The position numbers and the translations under genes are program-made. Of a DNA stretch of 64,000 bases, positions 38,530 to 49,122 are shown piece by piece. Source of the DNA: an uncultured Campylobacterales bacterium. GTDB taxonomy: Bacteria; Campylobacterota; Campylobacteria; Campylobacterales; Sulfurimonadaceae. Under the pieces are notes generated by a model. The model had not been told where the DNA came from. It searched no databases and saw nothing but the letters and a program-made list of their open reading frames with translations. Where the stretch lies: contig CAZYTC010000007.1 of the NCBI GenBank assembly GCA_964650175.1, positions 484 through 64,483 on the forward strand, in the 5' to 3' direction. Within the stretch, counting starts at the first letter, position 1. Each line of letters begins with the position of its first letter.

Positions 38530-39741
38530 ATGCTGATTGTACAAAAATATGGCGGAACGAGTGTCGGAGATTTAGATAGAATCCAAAATGTCGCCGATAG
38601 AGTGGCGAAAAATGTTGCTGATGGTCATCAGATAGTTGTCGTTGTATCGGCTATGAGTGGCGAAACAAACAAGCTAATCTCATATGCAGAGCACTATACT
38701 CCTACGCCACAAAAGGGCGAGCTTGATATGCTACTTAGCTCTGGAGAGAGAGTAACAGCAGCACTACTATCTATCGCACTAAATGCTATAGGGTGTGATG
38801 CGGTATCGATGAGTGGCAGAAGAGCTGGAATCGTGACAGATGCACTCCATACAAAAGCGAGAATCGAAAGTATAGACCCATCTGCGATGAGAGCAGAGTT
38901 AGACAGTGGTAAAGTGATAGTTGTAGCAGGTTTTCAGGGTGTAAATGAGCTAGGTCAAGTAACTACGCTAGGTCGTGGCGGTTCTGATTTATCTGCTGTG
39001 GCACTCGCTGGTGCATTAGGGGCTGATTTGTGTGAGATTTATACCGATGTTGATGGTATCTATACAACAGATCCACGCATAGAGCCAAAAGCTAAAAAGA
39101 TGGATATGATTAGTTATGATGAGATGCTAGAGCTCTCATCACTAGGGGCAAAAGTGCTTCAAAACCGCTCTGTGGAGCTAGCTAAAAAACTAAATGTAAA
39201 TCTAGTAACTCGCTCAAGCTTTTCTGATGCTGAGGGAACATTAATAACAAAGGAAGGAAATATCATGGAACAACCATTAGTAAGCGGTATCGCACTAGAT
39301 AAAAACCAAGCTAGAATCAGCCTAAGTGGCGTTGTAGATCGTCCTGGGATTGCATCTGATATATTTTCAAAACTAGCACAAAGTGCTGTAAATGTGGATA
39401 TGATAATCCAAACATCAGGTAATGATGGCAAAACAGAGATGGATTTTACAGTCCCAAAAACAGAGCTAGGGGATGCAAAAAAGATAGTCGAGACATTTAT
39501 CAGCGATAAAGAGGTAGGGACCGCACAATATGATGAGGATATTTGTAAAGTTTCTATCGTAGGAGTGGGGATGAAATCACACTCTGGCGTAGCAGCTACA
39601 GCGTTTTCTACGATGGCAAAAGAGAGTATTAATATCACTATGATTTCAACTTCAGAGATAAAAATCTCTATGGTAATAGCAGAAAAATATGGAGAACTCG
39701 CTGTTAGAGCACTACATGATGCCTATTCATTGGATAAATAG
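38530..39741 (+). CDS. lysC: Aspartate kinase
   Basis: 403 aa. IVQKYGGTSV at the N-terminus and two C-terminal ACT domains. Confidence 0.97.
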   Translation: MLIVQKYGGTSVGDLDRIQNVADRVAKNVADGHQIVVVVSAMSGETNKLISYAEHYTPTPQKGELDMLLSSGERVTAALLSIALNAIGCDAVSMSGRRAGIVTDALHTKARIESIDPSAMRAELDSGKVIVVAGFQGVNELGQVTTLGRGGSDLSAVALAGALGADLCEIYTDVDGIYTTDPRIEPKAKKMDMISYDEMLELSSLGAKVLQNRSVELAKKLNVNLVTRSSFSDAEGTLITKEGNIMEQPLVSGIALDKNQARISLSGVVDRPGIASDIFSKLAQSAVNVDMIIQTSGNDGKTEMDFTVPKTELGDAKKIVETFISDKEVGTAQYDEDICKVSIVGVGMKSHSGVAATAFSTMAKESINITMISTSEIKISMVIAEKYGELAVRALHDAYSLDK

Positions 39742-40289
39742 TGAGACTTTTTGATGAGTGGACGCTAGAGCTGATACGCAGCGAGGGGAGCCATTTTAGC
39801 TGGTTTGAAGAGTATCGATTTGATTGGATTCCATCAATAGCTGATGCGATGACGCAGATTATGGACTCCAAGGCGATAGTATTAATCACAGACCATGAAC
39901 GCAGATGGTTTAGTGAGTATATTATCACCAATCTAAATAAGAGAACTCAAAATAGACCGATGATTCCTATCGTAAATCTAGAGTCGCTCTATCCGCATTA
40001 TGACTTTATCTCTGGTGGAGAGTCTATAGATGTGCTAAGTGATATGCTTGATATCGCTTTTAGGGGTGAATATTTCTTTTGGTATATTGGCAAGGGCGAT
40101 GATAAACGAAGCCATATCGCCAAACGAGACGCCAATTCGTTTATCTGGACGATGGATGAGACATATCAAAACGCACTGATGTTACACTCGCATGACTTGC
40201 TTTTGGATATAAAATTATTGCAGCTATACACTCTGTTTGACAAGACTCTTAGTGGCGTTTTATTTGGGGAGATAGATGTTAGAGAGTGA
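39741..40289 (+). CDS. hobA: DnaA-binding initiation factor HobA
   Basis: 182 aa. RWFSEYIITNLN and DLLLDIKLLQLYTLFDKTLSGVLF resemble H. pylori HobA (HP1230) as recalled from memory. The lysC-hobA-holB-folP order matches HP1229-HP1232. Confidence 0.75.
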   Translation: MRLFDEWTLELIRSEGSHFSWFEEYRFDWIPSIADAMTQIMDSKAIVLITDHERRWFSEYIITNLNKRTQNRPMIPIVNLESLYPHYDFISGGESIDVLSDMLDIAFRGEYFFWYIGKGDDKRSHIAKRDANSFIWTMDETYQNALMLHSHDLLLDIKLLQLYTLFDKTLSGVLFGEIDVRE

Positions 40290-40902
40290 TAGAAGCTTTA
40301 TTGCCATAACTCAAGATATAGAGCAGTTTGCACAGCAGGTAGAGTTAGCTAGAGCACCAAATCGAGTTATACCTATTATAACGGATAAATTTTTAATAGA
40401 GCACGCACATACTGTTATCGAAGAGGCATACAAAGCAGAAGAGCATCTAAAAACAATCATTTTAGGTGCAAAACATTTTGGTATAGACCCACAAAACGCA
40501 CTACTAAAAATCCTCGAAGAGCCACCGCGAAATATCTCATTTGTTATCATCACTGAGAGTAAAAACGCACTACTACCTACTGTTATATCTAGGCTTTTTG
40601 TATTAAATGATCTTAGTAGAGCTACTTATGAGCCATTTGATTTTAGCTTGCGTAGATTTGAGTTGGATCAATTTTTTGCTTTTATAATAGAGCATAAAAA
40701 TCTCAAATCTCTAGAGGCTAAATATATGCTAGAGAGGCTACTGTATCAGGCGGTTCATATAGATAAAATCACTCTCTCAAAGGCTCAGATGGAGAGTTTT
40801 GAGCGAGGTATGAAACTGCTGAGTGTAAATGTGAGAGCTTCGAGAGTTTTTACATCTGTATTGATGAACTTTTTAGTTGAGGCTAAGTATGATCATTCAT
40901 AG
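40276..40902 (+). CDS. holB: DNA polymerase III delta' subunit
   Basis: 208 aa with ...QNALLKILEEPP.N..F.I.T......LPTV.SR. Confidence 0.8.
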   Translation: MLESDRSFIAITQDIEQFAQQVELARAPNRVIPIITDKFLIEHAHTVIEEAYKAEEHLKTIILGAKHFGIDPQNALLKILEEPPRNISFVIITESKNALLPTVISRLFVLNDLSRATYEPFDFSLRRFELDQFFAFIIEHKNLKSLEAKYMLERLLYQAVHIDKITLSKAQMESFERGMKLLSVNVRASRVFTSVLMNFLVEAKYDHS

Positions 40903-42037
40903 ATTATCTAGCGATATCGATATGAAAAGCTATCTCAAAAATCTAGGCGTAGATAGTGGTGGCATAGAGATTTTATCTAAAAAGAGTGAGCTTTTTATCA
41001 TCCGCATAGATGAGCTACATGTTGGGGCTGCAAATATATTAAAACAAGACGCACTAAGTGTTGGAGCAGATTTAGCAGTACCACGAGGCACGGTGCTCGC
41101 CAAAACACCGACTGTAAATACACTGCTAATTGCTACAAGACGGCAGTTAGAGAAGCTATCTAAAAAAGAGCTCGCTCAACCATTTGGATTAAAAGAGCTC
41201 GCTCATAGACTAGCTGATTTACTAAAGAGCCATAGCCCCAAAAGCGTAGATGTGATGGGGATTGTAAATGCAAATGATGATAGTTTTTATAGTGGCAGTA
41301 GATTTAAATCAGCCCAAGCGGTAGAGCATATCGAATCGATGATAGCTCATGGTGCTAGCATTATAGATTTAGGTGGTGTATCTAGTCGCTATGGCTCGCA
41401 AAAAATAGAGCCATCTATCGAGCTAGAGAGAGTGCGAGAGATTATAGATGCTATCTATAGCGAGCGACTATATGAGAGAGCGATTTTTAGTATAGATTCA
41501 TACGAGCCGTTGGTGGTGCACTACGCACTAGAGCATGGATTTAAGTGGGTTAATGATATTAGCTCGCTATCTGAAGCAGAGGTGGCAAAACTATCTGCTA
41601 GCTACGGTGCTACGGTGGTGCTGATGCATATGCAAGGCACGCCACAAACGATGCAGGATAATCCATATTATGATAGTGTTTTAGATGAGGTTGAGAGCTT
41701 TTTAAAAGAGAAGATAGAGTATGCAAAGAGCTTTGGTATTAGAGATATTATTCTAGATTGTGGTATCGGTTTTGGTAAGAGATTAGAGGATAATATTGAG
41801 CTTATCAATCATCAAAAGCATTTTTTATCACTAGGGCATCGCTTGCTTGTGGGGGCGAGTCGTAAATCTATGATAGGTGCGATAGATGGCTCAGGTATCA
41901 GTGATAGATTGGGCGGAACGCTGGCTATTCATCAAAAAGCTATCGAAAATGGAGCCTCTATCATCAGGGTACACGATGTAGCAGAACATGTGCAGATGAT
42001 AAAAGTTTTAAACGCCCTAAAGGCTCATAATGTCTAG
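40889..42037 (+). CDS. folP: Dihydropteroate synthase with N-terminal extension
   Basis: The Pterin_bind core has GIVNANDDSFYSG and ...DLGGVSSR... The ATG at 40889 is preferred over the TTG at 40877. Confidence 0.92.
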   Translation: MIIHRLSSDIDMKSYLKNLGVDSGGIEILSKKSELFIIRIDELHVGAANILKQDALSVGADLAVPRGTVLAKTPTVNTLLIATRRQLEKLSKKELAQPFGLKELAHRLADLLKSHSPKSVDVMGIVNANDDSFYSGSRFKSAQAVEHIESMIAHGASIIDLGGVSSRYGSQKIEPSIELERVREIIDAIYSERLYERAIFSIDSYEPLVVHYALEHGFKWVNDISSLSEAEVAKLSASYGATVVLMHMQGTPQTMQDNPYYDSVLDEVESFLKEKIEYAKSFGIRDIILDCGIGFGKRLEDNIELINHQKHFLSLGHRLLVGASRKSMIGAIDGSGISDRLGGTLAIHQKAIENGASIIRVHDVAEHVQMIKVLNALKAHNV

Positions 42038-43178
42038 TATTATAGTCATAATGACTCTATCATTTTTGGTGCTTATATCGCCATTTTTTTCACGCATTAC
42101 TAAAATACCTGTCGTTGTTGTAGAGATGCTACTTGGTAGTGTCGCTGGATATTTTGGACTGCTTTATGATGATGAGCTATTTAAGTTGATAGCTAAAATC
42201 GGGTTTTTGTATCTGATGTTTTTAGCAGGTATGGAGGTTAATCTGCGAGCCTTTGGACTGGGCGAGTCATCACTGCTTCGTAGAACGGTAATATATTTTC
42301 TAGTGCTTTATGGCTGTTCACTATTTTTATATCTATATTTAGATTTGAGTGCTGTCTATCTCGTCGCACTTCCTATTTTTTCACTAGGAATGCTTATGGC
42401 GATGGTAAAAGAGTATGGTAAAAACGAGCCATGGCTGGCACTTGCACTAAATATTGGTATTATTGGCGAGCTTGTGAGTATATTGGCACTTACTATACTT
42501 AGTGGCGGGCTAGAGTATGGTTTTAACCGAGAGTTTGCATTTACACTTGGCGGATTATTTTTGTTTTTGATAGGTTTTATACTACTATTTAAAGGTATGA
42601 GGATACTTTTTTGGTGGTTTCCAACACTAAAAACACTCATAATGCCACATGAAGATAGTAAAGATCAAGATGTTAGATTTTCGATGGCGATAATGTTTAG
42701 TATGATTGCTATGATGCTATATCTAAAAATCGATGTGGTTTTAGGTGCATTTTTGGCTGGAATGTTGATAACTGCATATTTTAAACATAAAACAAATCTA
42801 GGTGAAAAGCTATCATCTTTTGGTTTTGGGTTTTTAGTTCCGATATTTTTTATATATGTAGGCTCTACGCTATCATTTGATGCATTTATGGATATGGATA
42901 TACTAAAACACGCTCTATTTATCGCTCTCGCGATAGTATCTATTAGGCTCATTAGCTCATTTGTGGCATACTCTACATATTTAGGGTGGAAAAATACGAT
43001 ACTTTTTTCACTTAGCGACTCTATGCCTCTAACATTTTTAGTCGCTATCGCTACGCTAGGGCTACAAGCAGGGGCTATAAATGAGAGCGAGTATTCAGCT
43101 TTTATCGTCGCTAGTATGGGAAGCGGTGTGATTTTAATGGTTGGTATAAAATTTTTATATCTACTCTTTAAGAGATAA
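42030..43178 (+). CDS. Cation:proton antiporter (CPA family)
   Basis: 382 aa with about 11 TM segments. Na+/H+ exchanger-like (FLYLMFLAGMEV). Confidence 0.85.
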   Translation: MSSIIVIMTLSFLVLISPFFSRITKIPVVVVEMLLGSVAGYFGLLYDDELFKLIAKIGFLYLMFLAGMEVNLRAFGLGESSLLRRTVIYFLVLYGCSLFLYLYLDLSAVYLVALPIFSLGMLMAMVKEYGKNEPWLALALNIGIIGELVSILALTILSGGLEYGFNREFAFTLGGLFLFLIGFILLFKGMRILFWWFPTLKTLIMPHEDSKDQDVRFSMAIMFSMIAMMLYLKIDVVLGAFLAGMLITAYFKHKTNLGEKLSSFGFGFLVPIFFIYVGSTLSFDAFMDMDILKHALFIALAIVSIRLISSFVAYSTYLGWKNTILFSLSDSMPLTFLVAIATLGLQAGAINESEYSAFIVASMGSGVILMVGIKFLYLLFKR

Positions 43179-43254
43179 ATTTGATATATATTACAAAAAT
43201 ATATAATTGTGTCGATATTAGGTTAATTGGCACTATTTTAATATAGGAATCTGC

Positions 43255-44028
43255 GTGGATTTAACAGTTATATTAGGCATACTAGGGGCTATCGCCTCTA
43301 TCTCTATTGGAGATATTATTGAGGGTGGAAATCCTCTGCATCTACTGAGTTTACCATCGATAATTATTATTTTCCCAACTGCTATGACAGCAGCTATGGT
43401 TGCAACTGATGGTGCTTATGTAAAGGGTGCATTTAAAAATCTAGGTGGCGTTGTATTTAAAAAGAGCTCTATAGATCTAAATGCTCGTATAAAAGAGATA
43501 GTAGAGCTCTCTACGATGGCTAGACGCGATGGGCTGCTATCTCTAGAGAGTCGCGTAACACAGCTTGATAATGAGTTTTTAAAACAGGGTCTTAGTATGG
43601 CTGTTGATGGTAATGAGGTAGAGACTATCGTCGATACGCTAGAGCAGGTTATCGAAGAGACAGAACACTACTATCACGGATGTGCTCACTACTGGATTCT
43701 AGCGGGTGAAACATCGCCCGTTATGGGTCTGATTGGGGCGGTTTTGGGTCTGATTTTGGCACTTCAAAAGCTAGATAATCCAGCAGAGATGGCTCACGGT
43801 ATTGCAGGGGCGTTTACAGCGACTGTTACGGGGATTTTCTCGGCATATGTTGTTATGGGTCCATTTGGTAAAAAGATGATTGCAAAATCACACCATATTG
43901 TCAAAGAGCAAAAGTTGATGCTAGAGGGGATTGTTGGGATAGTTCATGGTGACAACCCTAGGGTTCTAGAGGCAAAACTACTAAACTTCCTCTCTCCTGC
44001 AGAAGAGAAACAGAGCCAGTTTAACTAA
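43255..44028 (+). CDS. motA: Flagellar stator protein MotA
   Basis: 257 aa, GTG start. MDLTVILG...GGNPLHLL resembles H. pylori MotA. Followed by motB. Confidence 0.93.
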   Translation: MDLTVILGILGAIASISIGDIIEGGNPLHLLSLPSIIIIFPTAMTAAMVATDGAYVKGAFKNLGGVVFKKSSIDLNARIKEIVELSTMARRDGLLSLESRVTQLDNEFLKQGLSMAVDGNEVETIVDTLEQVIEETEHYYHGCAHYWILAGETSPVMGLIGAVLGLILALQKLDNPAEMAHGIAGAFTATVTGIFSAYVVMGPFGKKMIAKSHHIVKEQKLMLEGIVGIVHGDNPRVLEAKLLNFLSPAEEKQSQFN

Positions 44029-44038
44029 GTAGATATAG

Positions 44039-44887
44039 ATGGCAAAAAAGAAACAAAAAAAGTGTCCAGAGTGTCAAGAGTGTGAGAAATGGGCGGTGCC
44101 CATGTCGGACTTTTTTAGTCTGCTTCTAGCACTTTTTATTGCACTCTATGCTATCGCTTCTGTAAATAAAGAGCGGATGCAAGCGGTTAAAGAGGAGTTT
44201 GTCAAAATCTATGATTTTGCACCAGCACCAGAGACTGTAATCACTATAGATGATATGCAAAAAGAGTCTACGCCAAATGATAATACAGCTAGTCCATCAG
44301 GACTTTCACCATCTCCAGATGGTGGCTCAATGCTCATAAGTACACCAGCGACACCAGAGCAATCTCAAGCTGTTTTAGATGCTCTACAAAAGGTACAAAA
44401 AGAGTTAAAAAACATCTCTATGGGAGTAGGTCCACTAGATCAAAATATGGATGGAATATTACTCAAACTTCCAACCACTGTTATGTTTAGAGGTGCTGAG
44501 GTGAGTATTAATGATGAGGAGACTCATCTGTTTTTACGCCGAGTAGCTGATATTATAAACTCGCTCCCTCCTATTGTAGATATATCACTACGCGGATTTA
44601 CAGATAATCTGCCTATTACTGGTGGGATTTATCGTGATAATTTAGAGCTTTCAGCCCGTAGAGCTGAGAGTGTTATGCGTGAGCTTATCTCTAATGGCGT
44701 AGATCCAGATAGACTATCAACAGCAGGATTTGGCTCTGCAAAACCAGCTGCACCAAACAACACAGAAGAGAATCGTGCAAAAAACCGTCGTGTAGAGATG
44801 TATATGTATGTGTCTGCTGATAAGACTCTAGAGCCAGAGAGACAAACAAATATTTTAGATGCACTTGGAAAACTAGTAACAGAGTAG
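44039..44887 (+). CDS. motB: Flagellar stator protein MotB
   Basis: 282 aa. N-terminal ...CPECQECEKWAVPMSDFFSLLLALFIALYAI is epsilonproteobacterial-type. OmpA-like C-terminus (NRAKNRRVE). Confidence 0.93.
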   Translation: MAKKKQKKCPECQECEKWAVPMSDFFSLLLALFIALYAIASVNKERMQAVKEEFVKIYDFAPAPETVITIDDMQKESTPNDNTASPSGLSPSPDGGSMLISTPATPEQSQAVLDALQKVQKELKNISMGVGPLDQNMDGILLKLPTTVMFRGAEVSINDEETHLFLRRVADIINSLPPIVDISLRGFTDNLPITGGIYRDNLELSARRAESVMRELISNGVDPDRLSTAGFGSAKPAAPNNTEENRAKNRRVEMYMYVSADKTLEPERQTNILDALGKLVTE

Positions 44888-44895
44888 ATTGTGTC

Positions 44896-44923
44896 TCGTT
44901 GTGAAGCCTCTAGGCTGAAGCAA
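44896..44923. repeat. Degenerate inverted REP-like unit
   Basis: TCGTTGTGAAGCCTCTAGGCTGAAGCAA resembles the reverse complement of GATTGCTTCAGCCTATGGCTTCGCAATGACGA. Confidence 0.5.
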
Positions 44924-45075
44924 AAGTAACCAAATACGAAAACTACTCCTTGAGAATCTCTTCTAAAAAATCAAAGCTTTACTGTAGTGATGAAATTATC
45001 TATTTGGAATGTTTTTGCTAAAGCAAGGAGTTTTAAATGCCTAGTTCTCGCCCTTGCGAGAATGGCTTGGTAGTG

Positions 45076-46551
45076 CTATTTTATAAATAGACTCATTAGA
45101 TAGTATATCCCAGAGCTCATAATAGCAGTTGCAGGGAGTGTAAACACCCATGAGAGAATAATCGTCTTTATCATCCCTTTTTGCACTCCACCATCAGGTT
45201 CTGCCACCATCGAACCAGCCACAGAGCTAGAGACTATATGGGTGGTGCTTACAGGAGCGTGCATAAAGTTTGCAACAAGTATTGTAGCAGCAGATATCGC
45301 TTGTGATACTGTTCCTTGCATATAGTTTATCGGTTTTGAGCCGATTTTCTCTCCTATGGTCAAGACTATGCGTTTATACCCTATCATCGTTCCTATACTA
45401 ATAGATAGTGCAACAGTGATGATAACCCATAGAGGCACATATTCAGCAGATGTTACCATATTTGTGCGGTTTGATTTGATATAGTTTGACATATCGCTAT
45501 CGACTACCTTTTCAACTTGGGTAAAAAAGTTATCACTACACAATACAGAGTTGTGAACTATCCAGATATCATTGTCGCTTAAATCTCTATAGGTAGTGAT
45601 TTTATCGAGTTTATTTGATATCAGCAGGGTTGTTTGCTGCATATTTTTTATATCACATTCTGCGATAGATTGCTCATTTTTTAGAGCACTTTTTAGCAGC
45701 TTTTGGCTCACTAGATTATCTAGCATCAGACTATTTTCACTATAAAACTCAGCTAGATTTGTAGCTGAGTTTTGTATCTGTTTTATCTGATACTCTTGCG
45801 AGTTCATATCTAGTGCATAGTATGATGGCAAAATCCCTATTAGGATAATCATAATAAGCCCCATACCTTTTTGCCCATCATTAGAGCCATGAGCAAAGCT
45901 CACGCCAGCACCTGTAGAGATAATCCCCATTCTCATCCAGAAATTTGGTCGCTTTCGTTTTTTCTCATCCTGTGGAGTTTTATAATATTTTGGATGACGC
46001 AAGAACTTTCTAGCACTTCTCATCATTATATATGCTAGCCCAAAGCCCAGTAGTGGCGAGATTGCTAGAGCTGCTAGCACCTTATATAGTGCTTGCCAGT
46101 TGATACTTTGATAAAAATCAAACCCTTGCATCATTCCAAATGCGAAACCAACCCCGATAATAGAGCCAATTAGTGCGTGAGAGCTAGATGCAGGGATACC
46201 AAAATACCATGTCCCTAGATTCCAAACTATAGCAGATATGAGCAGTGAATATATCATAATGAGTGTCGCACTCTGATTTGATGAGACTATTATATCTAGT
46301 GGCAACAGATGCACGATAGCATAGGCAACTCCGATACCACCGAGTAAAACGCCCAAAAAGTTCATAAATCCAGCCATTATTACAGAGTGGCTAGCCTTTA
46401 GTGAGTTTGTATATATAATCATCGAAACAGCATTTGCAGTATCAAGAAAACCGTTAATCATCTCATAAAAAATCGCCAAAGCTAGCGAAGTGAGCAAAAG
46501 CACCAGTGTGATTGTAGGTATATCGCCTAGTGCTTGCAGGAGAGTGTCCAT
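45076..46551 (-). CDS. Inorganic phosphate transporter, PiT family
   Basis: 491 aa. ANAVS..., GSNDGQKGMG and a duplicated PHO4 repeat, with a large central hydrophilic loop. Confidence 0.92.
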   Translation of the reverse strand: MDTLLQALGDIPTITLVLLLTSLALAIFYEMINGFLDTANAVSMIIYTNSLKASHSVIMAGFMNFLGVLLGGIGVAYAIVHLLPLDIIVSSNQSATLIMIYSLLISAIVWNLGTWYFGIPASSSHALIGSIIGVGFAFGMMQGFDFYQSINWQALYKVLAALAISPLLGFGLAYIMMRSARKFLRHPKYYKTPQDEKKRKRPNFWMRMGIISTGAGVSFAHGSNDGQKGMGLIMIILIGILPSYYALDMNSQEYQIKQIQNSATNLAEFYSENSLMLDNLVSQKLLKSALKNEQSIAECDIKNMQQTTLLISNKLDKITTYRDLSDNDIWIVHNSVLCSDNFFTQVEKVVDSDMSNYIKSNRTNMVTSAEYVPLWVIITVALSISIGTMIGYKRIVLTIGEKIGSKPINYMQGTVSQAISAATILVANFMHAPVSTTHIVSSSVAGSMVAEPDGGVQKGMIKTIILSWVFTLPATAIMSSGIYYLMSLFIK

Positions 46552-46632
46552 TTGGATTCCTAGTTATATTGTTTATGAAAGCATAATATATTTATGGTTA
46601 AAGCAACTTTTTTAAAAGCTGCAATAACGAGT

Positions 46633-47184
46633 TTATTTAGATAATATAGTAGCTTTTATAATCTTTTGCTCTTGTAGTGGTCTATCGCCACCTCTTGAGC
46701 CATTTGTTGCTATATTATTTAGCTTATCCACAGCCTCCATCGAACCAGAGACTTTTCCAAATATTGTATGGTGACCATTTAGCCACGGAGTAGGGGCTGT
46801 TGTGATAAAAAATTGACTACCATTTGTGCGAGGACCTGCATTTGCCATCGCCAAAATACCAGCTTTATTAAATACCACTCCAGATTTAAACTCGTCTTTA
46901 AATGGCTTGTTCCATATAGAGTTTCCACCAGCTCCTGTGCCTGTTGGGTCTCCTCCTTGAATCATAAAGTTTTTGATGATTCTGTGAAAAATCAATCCAT
47001 CGTAATAGCCATTTTTGATATGCGTAGTAAAGTTCTCTACCGCTAGTGGAGCGATATTTGGATATAGCTCTAGGACTATATCGCCTTGTGTGGTTTGTAG
47101 TTTTACCTTGATGGTATCAGCATTTGCAAATAGATTTGTTAGCGATAGTGCTAAAATCATTATAGTTGCGTATAGGTGTCTCAT
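46633..47184 (-). CDS. ppiB: Periplasmic cyclophilin-type peptidyl-prolyl isomerase
   Basis: 183 aa. Signal peptide followed by FHRIIKNFMIQGGDPTGTG...GILAMANAGPRTNGSQFFIT. Confidence 0.92.
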   Translation of the reverse strand: MRHLYATIMILALSLTNLFANADTIKVKLQTTQGDIVLELYPNIAPLAVENFTTHIKNGYYDGLIFHRIIKNFMIQGGDPTGTGAGGNSIWNKPFKDEFKSGVVFNKAGILAMANAGPRTNGSQFFITTAPTPWLNGHHTIFGKVSGSMEAVDKLNNIATNGSRGGDRPLQEQKIIKATILSK

Positions 47185-47186
47185 TA

Positions 47187-47576
47187 TTATCCTTTTCTTG
47201 GTTTAAAATCTAAACATACTGAGTTTATGCAGTATCTCATCCCTGTAGTAGCTGGACCATCAGGGAAGAGATGCCCTAGATGAGCATCACAGACAGAGCA
47301 TAAAACCTCTGTGCGTATCATACCAAATGAGCTATCTTTTTTCTCTGTTATGTTTGATGATGATATCGCTCTATCATAGCTAGGCCACCCTGTGCCAGAG
47401 TCAAATTTGTGCTTCGAATCAAACAGTGGAGCCTCACAGCAGATGCAGTGATAGACGCCATCGCCATTAAAATCATAATATTCACCGCTAAATGCTCTCT
47501 CTGTCCCATGCTCTCGCGTTACATGATATGCAAGTGGCGAGAGCATCTCTTTATATTCAGCATCGCTTTTTTTCAT
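47187..47576 (-). CDS. msrB: Peptide-methionine (R)-S-oxide reductase
   Basis: 129 aa. Two CxxC pairs (CICC.., [12 protein letters not shown]) and RYCINS. Confidence 0.95.
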   Translation of the reverse strand: MKKSDAEYKEMLSPLAYHVTREHGTERAFSGEYYDFNGDGVYHCICCEAPLFDSKHKFDSGTGWPSYDRAISSSNITEKKDSSFGMIRTEVLCSVCDAHLGHLFPDGPATTGMRYCINSVCLDFKPRKG

Positions 47577-47578
47577 TT

Positions 47579-49012
47579 TTACTCCTTGTTTGATATGTCT
47601 GAATATGTGATTATTGTTGCACTCTCTAGTGCTCTGCTGATTATATATCCTATATCAGAATCCTCTGCTTTTGCGATATAAAAGACATGTGGAGCGTGCA
47701 CGCCGTGAGTATTTTCCAGATTTGTTAAAAATATATTTGAAAAATCGTGATATTGCAAACTAAAGCTATCATTGGTTATCTGAGATTTGATGCCAAAATA
47801 CTCATCGAGTGCGTTTTTACACATATTTAGCGTATCTTGATCTTTGCAAATTATCATCGAGCGTTTTTTATCATCGAAAAATTTAGAGTGTATTTTAGTT
47901 AGCAGCATAGGCAGTAGCGTTTCACTATCTGTTTTTAGATGCTCTGTATCGATTTTATCGCAGTAGTTATTTGTAAGCTCAATCACCTTCTTATCTATCA
48001 GACTATCAGAGGTCTTTCGCACTAAAACTAGAGATTGTTTAGCTGGTTTAGAGAGTCGCAATAGATCTAAAATCGACTCATCATAGAGGTGTGAATCATC
48101 ACAATAGATGGTGTCGAGCTCTAGATGTTTTTTGCTATTTATAAACTCATTTAGCTCATCTGATGGGATAAATTGAATATTTTTTAGATTGATATTTATA
48201 GCCGCACAGGTGAGGATATTTACTAGCTCTTTTCGCAGTAAATCAGCCGCTAGCACTGTTTTTGTGGTAATGAGTATCTGTTTTTGTCTATCTTGTAGTA
48301 GCTCTAGAAGTGCTCTAGAGATTATGGCGGTACTCTTTCCGCTATTGTGTTTGCCATATAGAGTGATGACTTCAGAGCCTAAATCACTATTTATAAAATT
48401 TATCTGCTCTTTATCTAATAATCTAGCCTCTGATTGCTGTTTTGATGGCAATATGAGATGTGATTGTAGTGCGATAGAGATTGTTTTAGTAGGCAGTGTG
48501 TTTTTATTATACTCTAGTAGCGATTTTAGTTTTTGCAGTATTGCATCAGGTGGTGTATCTGAAAATATAATCTTCTCTATAGGCAGTAGCTCTTTAAATG
48601 AGTCATCTAGATTATCATACTCACTCTCTAAAAGCTCTGACATATAGATAAAACGGCTATACTCTATCTCGTTAAAAGATAAAATATCATCTAGTTTTTG
48701 TCTAATCATACTCTCGCTATCTTCAAAGTTTGTGGTAGATTGTTTGGTATTGCTAGCTTTTGAGATGGTTGAGTTTTTTAAATCATCAAATGTATAATCT
48801 ATCTGATTTGCTATATAGATTCCATGGTGTGGTAGATAAAATAGATATTGGATTTTGCGATATTTATCTATATAGTAGAGATTAAAATCATAAAAAAATA
48901 GTCCATCTGTGCCATTTGCTAGATGGTTTAAATGTTTAATGAGCTCATTATCGGCACTTTTTTCTACTATTTCTATATTTGGTTTGAAGAATTTTGATAC
49001 AAATGTAAACAC
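47579..49012 (-). CDS. P-loop NTPase with degenerate NERD-like N-terminal domain (SF1-helicase-like)
   Basis: 477 aa. Walker A is [11 protein letters not shown] and a Walker-B-like [10 protein letters not shown] follows. The N-terminal ~80 aa have a NERD-like layout, but IANQ occupies the expected E-x-K position. A 2-nt gap separates it from msrB. Confidence 0.5.
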   Translation of the reverse strand: MFTFVSKFFKPNIEIVEKSADNELIKHLNHLANGTDGLFFYDFNLYYIDKYRKIQYLFYLPHHGIYIANQIDYTFDDLKNSTISKASNTKQSTTNFEDSESMIRQKLDDILSFNEIEYSRFIYMSELLESEYDNLDDSFKELLPIEKIIFSDTPPDAILQKLKSLLEYNKNTLPTKTISIALQSHLILPSKQQSEARLLDKEQINFINSDLGSEVITLYGKHNSGKSTAIISRALLELLQDRQKQILITTKTVLAADLLRKELVNILTCAAININLKNIQFIPSDELNEFINSKKHLELDTIYCDDSHLYDESILDLLRLSKPAKQSLVLVRKTSDSLIDKKVIELTNNYCDKIDTEHLKTDSETLLPMLLTKIHSKFFDDKKRSMIICKDQDTLNMCKNALDEYFGIKSQITNDSFSLQYHDFSNIFLTNLENTHGVHAPHVFYIAKAEDSDIGYIISRALESATIITYSDISNKE

Positions 49013-49083
49013 ATAAAATCCTATTTGGCTACTATTGGCTAAATTATATCAAATAAAAGAGAATTTTGAAGAATTTTAGGAAG

Positions 49084-49102
49084 AATCGAGAGAAACTCTC
49101 GA
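49084..49102 (-). terminator. Hairpin downstream of hup
   Basis: ATCGAGAG-AAA-CTCTCGAT forms a perfect 8-bp stem 20 nt after the hup stop. Confidence 0.5.
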
Positions 49103-49122
49103 TCGTGATATCTATAGAGATA

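Noticed and set aside
39159-39638. Long antisense ORFs in the track: 39159-39638, 10356-10778, 20994-21446, 48189-48647, 30350-30751, 26120-26515, 29103-29459, 22313-22603, 23021-23338 and 59270-59641.
   Set aside because: Each lies fully inside a well-supported gene on the opposite strand. Their Ser/Ile/Leu-rich low-complexity translations are typical of shadow ORFs.
43194-43218. Sigma-28-type promoter (CAAA-N15-CGATAT) upstream of motA.
   Set aside because: Only the CGATAT -10-like hexamer fits and the -35 element is imperfect. The background is AT-rich. The evidence is too weak to report as a feature.
43255-44887. MotA/MotB-like pair as a Zorya-type (ZorAB) defence module.
   Set aside because: The sizes (257 and 282 aa) and the N-terminal sequences match flagellar stator proteins of Helicobacter and Campylobacter. 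ZorA is much larger, and no ZorC, D or E-like genes follow.
45045-45062. Hairpin TTCTCGC-CCTT-GCGAGAA downstream of the PiT gene as an intrinsic terminator.
   Set aside because: The stem is short and no U-tract follows on the minus strand. It may simply be another degenerate REP fragment.
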